From assembly GCF_001598795.1 (NCBI RefSeq), contig NZ_BCZP01000010.1:1-32000 (forward strand): DNA of 32,000 nt, given 5' to 3'. This document shows, piece after piece, positions 12,015 to 19,254 of the stretch (its first letter is position 1; every line of letters starts with the position of its first letter). Below the pieces are notes generated by a model that saw only the letters and a list, made by a program, of their open reading frames with translations, did not search any database and was not told the origin of the DNA. The stretch comes from Delftia acidovorans NBRC 14950 (GTDB lineage Bacteria > Pseudomonadota > Gammaproteobacteria > Burkholderiales > Burkholderiaceae_C). Both the position numbers and the translations under genes were made by a program.

Positions 12015-12584
12015 ATGCTGCCCCTGGACCCCGCCCTGTTCACGCTGCTGAACGCCAACGCGCAAACGCCCGCCATCTCGATCGAGGCGGCGCGCGCCAT
12101 CTCCTCCTGGCTTCCCTCGCTGTGCGCCCTTCCCGTGATGGCCGGGCTGCTGCGCGGCTCGCCCGCCCTGCGCCGCACCCTGGTGCTGGCCCTGCTGTCC
12201 ATGCTGGCCGCCTGGGCCGTGGCGCGGCTGATCCGCTGGGGCTTCCCGGCGCCGCGTCCTGCCCAGCTGGGCATGGGCGTGCAATGGGTGGAACACGCGC
12301 TGCGGTCCAGCTTTCCGAGCATGCACGCCACGGGCGCCTTTGCCCTGGCCCAGGCGCTGACCCTGGGCTGCACGCGCCACCGCCGCTGGGTCATGGTGTC
12401 AGCCTGGTCGCTGGCCCTGGGCATGGCCTGGAGCCGCGTGCACCTGGGCGTGCACTTCCCGTCCGATGTGGTCGGCGGCGCCATCGTGGGCATCTGCAGC
12501 GCCACCCTGGTCTGGCATGCCGCGCTGTGGCGCCGCCGTGCAGGCGGGCCGCTGCTGGCACGCCTGGGCTCAGGCACGCTCTGA
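12015..12584 (+). CDS. PAP2-family phosphatase (BcrC/PgpB-like undecaprenyl-diphosphate or lipid phosphatase)
   Basis: 189 aa. Blocks 'RLIRWGFPAPRP' (RX6RP), 'FPSMHA' and 'SRVHLGVHFPSDV' match the tripartite acid-phosphatase motif. Lies 12 nt after the previous PAP2 gene. Confidence 0.8.
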   Translation: MLPLDPALFTLLNANAQTPAISIEAARAISSWLPSLCALPVMAGLLRGSPALRRTLVLALLSMLAAWAVARLIRWGFPAPRPAQLGMGVQWVEHALRSSFPSMHATGAFALAQALTLGCTRHRRWVMVSAWSLALGMAWSRVHLGVHFPSDVVGGAIVGICSATLVWHAALWRRRAGGPLLARLGSGTL

Positions 12585-12592
12585 AACAAAGA

Positions 12593-12623
12593 ACCCGGGA
12601 AGGCCTGTGGGCCTGTCCCGGGT
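12593..12623. terminator. Long GC hairpin between convergent PAP2 and pyk stops
   Basis: acccggga-aggcc (12593-12605) pairs with ggcct-g-tcccgggt (12610-12623), giving 13 bp with a 1-nt bulge and a tgtg loop. There are no strong U runs, so terminator efficiency is uncertain. Confidence 0.6.
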
Positions 12624-12659
12624 GGGTTCAATCACTGACGCGCAGCGGATGCGTGCGCA

Positions 12660-14096
12660 TCAGTTCACGCGACATATCTTGAGCATGTTCGTGCCACCGG
12701 GCTGGCCCATGGGCTCGCCGCAGGTGATGGCATAGACATCGCCGCTTTGCACGATGTTGCGCGCGCGCAGATGGCCTTCGGCCTGGTCCAGCGCGGTGTC
12801 GCGGTCGGCGCTGGTGTCCATGAGCAGGGGGCGCACGTTGCGGTACATGGCCATCTTGCGCTGCGTGGAGATCTTGGGCGTGAGCGCGTAGATGGGGATG
12901 TGGATGCGGTGGCGGCTCATCCACAGCGCGGTGGAGCCGCTGTCCGTCATGGCGACGATGGCCTTGGCACCCAGGTGGTGGGCCGTGAACAGCGCGCCGA
13001 TGGCGATCGACTGGTCGATGCGCGAGAACTGGCGGCCGGTGAACTCGGCATCGCTGTCCGGGTCTTCGGCGGCTTCTGCAGCGGCGCAGATCTTGGCCAT
13101 TTCCTGCACGGTCTCCAGCGGGTACTTGCCGGCGGCGGTCTCGGCGCTGAGCATGACGGCGTCCGTGCCGTCCAGCACGGCGTTGGCCACGTCGCTGACC
13201 TCGGCGCGCGTGGGCACGGGGTTGGTGATCATGCTCTCCATCATCTGCGTGGCGGTGATCACGAACTTGTCCATGTCGCGCGCCATGCGGATCATCTTCT
13301 TTTGCAGCGCGGGCACGGCCGCGTTGCCCACTTCCACGGCCAGGTCGCCACGGGCGACCATGATGCCGTCGGAGACATGCAGGATCTCTTCCAGGCGCGG
13401 AATGGCCTCGGCGCGCTCGATCTTGGCGATCAGGCCGGGCTTGTGGCCGTACTGGGCCGCAGCCACGTTGCACAGCTGGCGCGCCATCTCCATGTCGGTG
13501 GCGTTCTTGGGAAAGCTCACGGCCACGTAGTCGGCCTGGAAGCTCATGGCGGTCTTGATGTCCTCCATGTCCTTGGCCGTCAGCGCCGGGGCCGTCAGGC
13601 CGCCGCCCTGCTTGTTGATGCCCTTGTTGTTGGACAGCTCGCCACCCAGCTTGACGGTGGTGTGCACCTCGTCACCGCGCACATGGTCCACGGTGAGCAC
13701 GATCAGGCCGTCGTTGAGCAGCAGCACATCGCCGGGCTTCACGTCGCGCGGCAGCTCCTTGTAGTCAAGGCCCACGCCGCCCAGGTCGCCGGGCGCTGTG
13801 CGCGATGCGTCGAGCACGAAGCGCGCGCCGGGCTCCAGCATGACCTTGCCTTCGGCGAACTTGCCGACGCGGATCTTGGGGCCCTGCAGGTCGGCCATGA
13901 TGGCCACCTCGCGGCCTGCGCGCTGGGCCGCCTCGCGCACCATGGTGGCGCGGTCGATGTGGTCCTGCGCCTTGCCGTGGCTGAAATTCAGGCGCACCAC
14001 GTTGACGCCTTCACGCACCATCTGTTCCAGCAGTTGCGGGTCGCTGGAAGCGGGGCCCAGGGTGGCGACGATCTTGGTGGCACGGCGGACTTGCAT
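12660..14096 (-). CDS. pyk: Pyruvate kinase
   Basis: 478 aa from ATG 14096 (MQVRRATKIVATLGPASSDPQ...). 'VNVVRLNFSHG', 'MVARGDLAVE' and 'ATQMMESM' signatures. The 125 upstream codons of the track ORF have no similarity. Confidence 0.96.
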   Translation of the reverse strand: MQVRRATKIVATLGPASSDPQLLEQMVREGVNVVRLNFSHGKAQDHIDRATMVREAAQRAGREVAIMADLQGPKIRVGKFAEGKVMLEPGARFVLDASRTAPGDLGGVGLDYKELPRDVKPGDVLLLNDGLIVLTVDHVRGDEVHTTVKLGGELSNNKGINKQGGGLTAPALTAKDMEDIKTAMSFQADYVAVSFPKNATDMEMARQLCNVAAAQYGHKPGLIAKIERAEAIPRLEEILHVSDGIMVARGDLAVEVGNAAVPALQKKMIRMARDMDKFVITATQMMESMITNPVPTRAEVSDVANAVLDGTDAVMLSAETAAGKYPLETVQEMAKICAAAEAAEDPDSDAEFTGRQFSRIDQSIAIGALFTAHHLGAKAIVAMTDSGSTALWMSRHRIHIPIYALTPKISTQRKMAMYRNVRPLLMDTSADRDTALDQAEGHLRARNIVQSGDVYAITCGEPMGQPGGTNMLKICRVN

Positions 14097-14324
14097 GGAA
14101 TGTCTCTCGCTCAGGGTTTGTAATCGGGTTTCAATTCTCACACGAATGCGGTTACATGAAGGCAACATTCCGGCATGTGGCCAGGGGCTGAAAGCCAGGC
14201 CCCAGGCACCCAGCAGATCGCGCAGGCGCGGCACGCAGCGCATCGCAAAGCACCGTGGCGCCTGGCCTTTGCCGCTATGGGTTTTGATGCTGCAGCGCAG
14301 CATCGCCGGCGCAGGCACGCCGCC

Positions 14325-14379
14325 ATGCCTGCCGCCTGTGAAAGCAGTTTTGCCCGGGACGTTCGCAATGCCTGCCGCC
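14325..14379. repeat. Exact 12-bp direct repeat in the pyk/cyclase intergenic region
   Basis: atgcctgccgcc occurs at 14325-14336 and again at 14368-14379 (43 bp start to start). A looser third copy, atgccctgcgcgcc, starts at 14425. Confidence 0.7.
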
Positions 14380-14469
14380 CGCGTGTCGAACCCGCGACAG
14401 CCTCGCGCCCCTCCTGGCGTTTGAATGCCCTGCGCGCCTTGTTCGACAAACCAACGACAGGAGACAGAC

Positions 14470-15453
14470 ATGGGACATGCTCACGACCATGGACACACGC
14501 ACGACGACGCCCCGCTGATGGAGGATCTGCTCAGGAACGCCCCCAGCAACTGGGGCCGCTGGGGACCCGACGACGAGGTCGGGGCGCTGAACTTCCTCAC
14601 GCCCGCCGAGGTGCTGCGCGGCGTGTCCCACATCCGCTCGGGCGAGACGTTCACGCTGCAGCGCCTGATCGGCGACCCGCGCGGCGATCCGGTCTGGCCG
14701 GGCCGCACACCGGCCGAGCGCACCATGGTGTTTGACGAGTCCAGCTGGGACGGCCCCGATGCACCCCGGTTCCCCGGCGGCCTGCACTATGCCGATGACA
14801 AGCTGGACGCCTTCCTGCAGGGATCGACCCAGTACGACGCGCTGGGCCATGTCTGGTATGGCGGGCGCATCTGGAATGGCTATGACGCACGCACCACCAT
14901 CGGCGGGCTGGACAAGGCCAGCGTGGAGGCGCTGGGCGCGCGCGGCATCGTGGGGCGCGGCGTGCTGCTGGACATGGCGCGCCACCGCGGCAAAGTGGCG
15001 CTGGAGCGTGCCGAGACCTTTACGCACGAAGACCTGATGGCCTGCGCCAAGGCCCAGGGACACACCATAGAAAAGCACGACATCCTGATCGTGCGCACCA
15101 ATTTCCTGTCGGGCTTCTACGAAGACCAGGCGAGCTTCTACAACGACTTCTGCGAGCCCGGCCTGACCTACTCGCCCGAACTCGTGGACTGGTTCCATGC
15201 GATGGAGATCCCCAACCTGGTCACCGACACCATCGCCAACGAAGTCACCATGGACCCCGTGCACGGCGTGGCCCTGCCGCTGCACTGCGCGCTGATGCGC
15301 AACCTGGGCGTGACGCTGACCGAGATCTGCGACCTGGAGGCCCTGGCCGACAGCTGCGCGCGCGACGGCCGCTACACCTTTCTGTACGTGGCCGCGCCGC
15401 TGAAGATCCACCGCGCCACGGGCTCGCCCGTCAATCCCGTGGTGATCAAATGA
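14470..15453 (+). CDS. Cyclase-family protein (PF04199-like, kynurenine formamidase / isatin hydrolase superfamily)
   Basis: 327 aa from ATG 14470, preceded by AGGAGA. 'NWGRWGPDDEVGALNFLTP', 'QGSTQYDALGH', 'GRGVLLD' and 'ILIVRT' blocks recur in proteins annotated as cyclase family. His-rich N-terminus MGHAHDHGHTHDD. Confidence 0.75.
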   Translation: MGHAHDHGHTHDDAPLMEDLLRNAPSNWGRWGPDDEVGALNFLTPAEVLRGVSHIRSGETFTLQRLIGDPRGDPVWPGRTPAERTMVFDESSWDGPDAPRFPGGLHYADDKLDAFLQGSTQYDALGHVWYGGRIWNGYDARTTIGGLDKASVEALGARGIVGRGVLLDMARHRGKVALERAETFTHEDLMACAKAQGHTIEKHDILIVRTNFLSGFYEDQASFYNDFCEPGLTYSPELVDWFHAMEIPNLVTDTIANEVTMDPVHGVALPLHCALMRNLGVTLTEICDLEALADSCARDGRYTFLYVAAPLKIHRATGSPVNPVVIK

Positions 15454-17111
15454 GCGCGGCCCCATCGCACGACAGGCCCTGGCTGGGCCTTTACGCGCCG
15501 GGCCAGCCGGCCGAGATGCGGCCGCAGTTCAGCAGCATGCTCGACCTGTTCGAAGCCTCGCTGGCTGCGGCACCCGGCTGCGCCATCGTGCGCTACTTCG
15601 ACGGCGGGTTGAACCTGCGCGAACTCGACCAGGCCGCCAGCGCGCTGGCCCATGCGCTGCAGGCGCGGGGCTTTGCGGCCGGCGACCGGCTGGCCCTCTA
15701 TACGCAGAACAATCCGGCCTTCGTCATCGGCCTGGTGGCGGCCTGGAAGCTGGGCGGTATCGCCGTGCCGGTCAACCCCATGAACCGGCAGCGCGAGCTG
15801 CACTACATCCTGCACAACGCGGGCGCCCAGGTCCTGCTGTGCCTGGACCAGCTGTACCTGGACGTGGCCCGCGAAGTGCATGCGGCCGGCGGCCTGCCGC
15901 TGGCCACCGTGGTCACCACATCGGCGCTGGACTGGCAGACGCGCGGCGATGCGCGCGTGCTCGGCGACGGTCCGCGCCTGCCCGTGGCCGATGGCACGCT
16001 GGACCTGCTTGCGCTGGTGCAGGCCGGCGGCCAGCCAGCGCCGCTGGCGCGCCGGCCCACGGCAGGCGATACGGCCGTGATCACCTACACATCGGGCACC
16101 ACGGGCCAGCCCAAGGGTGCCATGAACACGCATGGCAACCTGGCCTTCAACGCCCAGACCTACCGCGACTGGATAGGCATCACGGCGGACGACAGCGTGC
16201 TGGGCCTGGCGCCGCTGTTCCACATCACCGGCCTGGTCGGCCATGTGGCCCTGGCCCTGCTGGTGCCCTGCCCGCTGGTGCTCAGCCACCGCTTCCATCC
16301 CGAGACCATGCTCGAATCCATGCGCGAGCACCGACCCAGCTTCACCATCGGCGCCATCACCGCCTTCGTGGCGCTGATGAACCACCCGGGCGTCTCGCGC
16401 GAGGATTTCCGCAGCTTCAAGGCCTTGTACTCGGGCGGCGCGCCCATTGCGCCGGCCGTGATCCAGGCCTTCGAGCAGCTGTCGGGCCTGGTCATCCACA
16501 ACGCCTTCGGCATGACCGAGACCTGCTCGCCCACGCACTTCGTTCCGCTGGGCGCGCGGGCGCCGGTGGACCCGGCATCGGGTGCGCTGTCCATCGGCGT
16601 GCCGGTCTATGGCACGGTGGTGCGCATCATCGACGACCAGCACCGCGAGGCCGCGCCGGGCGAGATCGGCGAGATCGTCTCGGCCGGCCCGCAGATCATG
16701 TCCGGCTACTGGAACCTGCCCGAAGCCACGGCCGACGCCATGTTCGAGGGCGGGCTGCGCACGGGCGACGTGGGCTTCATGGACGAGCGCGGCTGGTTCT
16801 ACCTGGTGGACCGCAAGAAGGACATGATCAACGCCGCCGGCTACAAGGTCTGGCCGCGCGAGGTCGAGGACGTGCTCTACACCCACCCCGCCGTGCGCGA
16901 GGCCGCCGTCATCGGCGTGCCAGACGACTACCGGGGCGAGACCGTCAAGGCCGTGGTCTCGCTGAAAGCGGGCCGGCAGGCCGCGCCCGAGGAACTCATC
17001 GCCCATTGCAAGGCACACATGGCTGCCTACAAGGTGCCGCGCATCGTCGAGCTGCGCGAGGAACTGCCCAAGACCGTGACCGGAAAGATTCTGCGCAGGC
17101 AGCTGCGCTGA
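15450..17111 (+). CDS. AMP-dependent acyl-CoA synthetase/ligase (FadD-like)
   Basis: 553 aa. AMP-binding motif 'ITYTSGTTGQPKGAM', plus 'GYWN', 'TGDVGFMDERGWFYLVDRKKDMI' and C-terminal 'GKILRRQL'. The ATG overlaps the cyclase stop (ATGA at 15450-15453). Confidence 0.92.
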   Translation: MSAAPSHDRPWLGLYAPGQPAEMRPQFSSMLDLFEASLAAAPGCAIVRYFDGGLNLRELDQAASALAHALQARGFAAGDRLALYTQNNPAFVIGLVAAWKLGGIAVPVNPMNRQRELHYILHNAGAQVLLCLDQLYLDVAREVHAAGGLPLATVVTTSALDWQTRGDARVLGDGPRLPVADGTLDLLALVQAGGQPAPLARRPTAGDTAVITYTSGTTGQPKGAMNTHGNLAFNAQTYRDWIGITADDSVLGLAPLFHITGLVGHVALALLVPCPLVLSHRFHPETMLESMREHRPSFTIGAITAFVALMNHPGVSREDFRSFKALYSGGAPIAPAVIQAFEQLSGLVIHNAFGMTETCSPTHFVPLGARAPVDPASGALSIGVPVYGTVVRIIDDQHREAAPGEIGEIVSAGPQIMSGYWNLPEATADAMFEGGLRTGDVGFMDERGWFYLVDRKKDMINAAGYKVWPREVEDVLYTHPAVREAAVIGVPDDYRGETVKAVVSLKAGRQAAPEELIAHCKAHMAAYKVPRIVELREELPKTVTGKILRRQLR

Positions 17112-17141
17112 GTCCTCCTGCATCACTCTGCAGAATCAGAC

Positions 17142-17170
17142 GGGGCCGCATTGACCCGGCAGGCGGCCCC
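17142..17170 (+). terminator. Possible weak terminator after the acyl-CoA synthetase gene
   Basis: ggggccgc (17142-17149) / gcggcccc (17163-17170), 8-bp stem with a 13-nt loop and no clear U tract. Confidence 0.3.
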
Positions 17171-17302
17171 TCCCTAGCATCGCCCGTTCATATCTGCGGC
17201 CCCCCAGGGTTCGCAGGCAGCAGCCAGAACATCCGGTGCCGCTTGGTTTCGCATGCTCAGCCAACCCGTCCACCGCTTTGCCATGCCACCAGAAAATCCA
17301 AC

Positions 17303-18433
17303 ATGCTCGACCGGAGACATTTTGTTCTGAGCGCCCTCGCTTCCTCGGCGCTGACCGCCTGCGGCGGCGGCGCACCCGCCAACCGCTACTTCCAGACACC
17401 CCTGCTCGCCAGCCATGCTGGCTACGGCGCGCGCTTCACGGAACCCGACTTCGTCAACGGCTGGGGCATTGCCATCCGCCCGGCCGGCGCAGGCGGCCAT
17501 TTCTGGATTGGCGGCGGTGGCACTTCCTGGCAATTCCTGGGTGACGTCTCGCGCTCGTCCGAGCCAAGCCTGCGCACACTGCGCCAGGACGGCCTTCGCA
17601 AGGTGGCCGTGCCCCAGTCGGACTCCCGGATCGACGACGGCAGCGTCAGTGCCTGGACCGAGCGCGACGCCGAGACGGGCGCCATCGTGCGCGTGGACGG
17701 CCCAGCCGTCGAGGTCTTCGATGGCACGGGCCGGGGCATGGCCTTCTTCGGCGCGGCCCTGCATACGGGCCGCTGGGACCGTCTGTGGCTGGCCGATTTC
17801 GGCGACCAGCCTCAGATCCGCACACTGGACGCGCAGTGGCAGCTCACCCCCACCCAGGGCTTCGTCAACCCCTTCGCCAGCGGCCCTGCCGGCGTTGCCA
17901 GACCCGGTGATCCCGTGCCGTTCAATATTCAGGTTGTCAACGACGGCTCAAGAGACCGCGTCTTCGTGCTCTACGCCATGAGCCAGCCCGACCCCGAGGA
18001 CGCCAGCGCCTTCTTCGCGGGTGAGGAAGATGCCATGGATGCAGAGCGCGAGGCTGCAACCGGCAACCGCCCCGCGCGCGGCAAGCTGGCCGAGTTCGAT
18101 CTGGACGGCCGCCTGCAGCGAATCTATTCAGACGATGGCAGGCTCAACGCGCCCTGGGGCGTGGCCATCGCACCGCACGACTTCGGGCCGCTATCGGGCC
18201 GGTTGCTGGTGGGCAACTTCGGCGGCGCGGGCCGCATCTGCGCCTTCGACCTGGACAGCGGCAGCTACGTGGACGAACTGCGCGATGGCCAGGATCGCCC
18301 GGTCGCCATACCCGGCCTGTGGGCGCTGCAGTTCGGCAACGGCGTGGCCCTGGGCGACAGCAATGCCCTGTACTTCGCGGCCGGCCCCAAGGATGAGACC
18401 GAAGGCTTGTTCGGCTCGCTGAGGTTTGGTTAG
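17303..18433 (+). CDS. TIGR03118-family protein (uncharacterised, predicted beta-propeller-like), putative lipoprotein
   Basis: 376 aa from ATG 17303. Leader MLDRRHFVLSALASSALTAC has an RR motif and an L-T-A-C lipobox. 'DFVNGWGIAIRP', 'LNAPWGVAIAP', 'LLVGNFGGAGRICAFD', 'GLWALQFGNG' and 'LYFAAGPKDETEGLFGSL' match my recollection of the TIGR03118 consensus. The upstream 488 codons of the track ORF are an out-of-frame read through the ligase gene. Confidence 0.75.
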   Translation: MLDRRHFVLSALASSALTACGGGAPANRYFQTPLLASHAGYGARFTEPDFVNGWGIAIRPAGAGGHFWIGGGGTSWQFLGDVSRSSEPSLRTLRQDGLRKVAVPQSDSRIDDGSVSAWTERDAETGAIVRVDGPAVEVFDGTGRGMAFFGAALHTGRWDRLWLADFGDQPQIRTLDAQWQLTPTQGFVNPFASGPAGVARPGDPVPFNIQVVNDGSRDRVFVLYAMSQPDPEDASAFFAGEEDAMDAEREAATGNRPARGKLAEFDLDGRLQRIYSDDGRLNAPWGVAIAPHDFGPLSGRLLVGNFGGAGRICAFDLDSGSYVDELRDGQDRPVAIPGLWALQFGNGVALGDSNALYFAAGPKDETEGLFGSLRFG

Positions 18434-18435
18434 AT

Positions 18436-19254
18436 TCACACCAGCCCGTGCGAGAGCAGATAGGTGATCGCATGGGCCACCATGGCCGCCTCCAGGCCAT
18501 AGCGCCAGAACAGGAAGCCGCCCACGGCGCCGTTGACGATTTCGAACAGCAGCAGCTGCAGCACCAGCGCGTCCGACAGGCCGCCCCAGGTACCCCAGGC
18601 CAGCGCCAGCTGCAGCAAGCCCCAGAGCAGGGCCGACAGCATCACAGACCACCAGCCCAGCATCCAGCCCGGGCGGCGGTCGGTGCGCCCGCTCAGCCGC
18701 CACAGCAGCCACATCACCAGCGTCATGCCGCCCAGGCGCATCACCAGCTCGGCCGTGATGCCCGCGTACAGGATCTTGGCGCCCAGCGGCATGGCGTAGA
18801 CGGGGTCGATCAGGGTCAGGTCGTCGGGCCAGGCCAGGGCCAGGGTCACCAGCCAGGCCGCGCCGACCACGCCGCCGGCCAGCCCTGGCAACGTGAGGTA
18901 GCGCACGGCGCGCTGGGGCGAACGCCCGGCCACCCAGGTGGTCAGCAGCGGTGCGGACAGGCCCAGCCTTGGCCCCAACCACACCCCGACGCCCACGGGC
19001 AGGGCCAGCAGCGCGGCCATCACGCCAATGCCGGCCAGAGGCGTGGCCAGCGGCTCCACGGGCAGGCCCAGCAGGCGCATCCAGTCGGGCAGCACGAACC
19101 AGGCCATGGCCGCCACGCCGGGCAGGCCCAGCAGCCAGAGCACCGTGAAGATGCGCCAGCTCAGCCGTGGCAGCGCGGGTGGGACATAGGCCGATGGGGC
19201 GGGCATGAGGGTGGACACGGGGCCGGTGGGGGGCAGGCTGGCGTTGTCAGTCAC
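18436..19254 (-). CDS. Polytopic membrane protein, CPBP/Abi (Rce1-like)-related with degenerate motifs
   Basis: 272 aa if it starts at GTG 19254, which overlaps the pepP stop by 8 nt. An alternative ATG lies at 19206. About 7 hydrophobic segments. 'ITAELVMR' and C-terminal 'FEIVNGAVGGFLFWRYGLEAAMVAHAITYLL' resemble CPBP motifs 1 and 3. Confidence 0.5.
   Translation of the reverse strand: MTDNASLPPTGPVSTLMPAPSAYVPPALPRLSWRIFTVLWLLGLPGVAAMAWFVLPDWMRLLGLPVEPLATPLAGIGVMAALLALPVGVGVWLGPRLGLSAPLLTTWVAGRSPQRAVRYLTLPGLAGGVVGAAWLVTLALAWPDDLTLIDPVYAMPLGAKILYAGITAELVMRLGGMTLVMWLLWRLSGRTDRRPGWMLGWWSVMLSALLWGLLQLALAWGTWGGLSDALVLQLLLFEIVNGAVGGFLFWRYGLEAAMVAHAITYLLSHGLV

Noticed and set aside
14378-14400. 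tRNA T-arm-like string (gtgtcgaacccgcgac; the reverse strand reads GGGTTCGACAC).
   Set aside because: No matching 5-bp T stem, acceptor stem or anticodon arm can be built around it. I judged it a chance resemblance in GC-rich DNA.
15839-18433. 864-aa ORF, plus the analogous composite ORFs 26593-28545 (650 aa), 28585-31263 (892 aa) and 29567-31234 (555 aa).
   Set aside because: In each case only the 3' portion (TIGR03118 protein, LigB, Bug protein) is protein-like and preceded by an RBS. The 5' portions overlap other well-supported genes out of frame or antisense.
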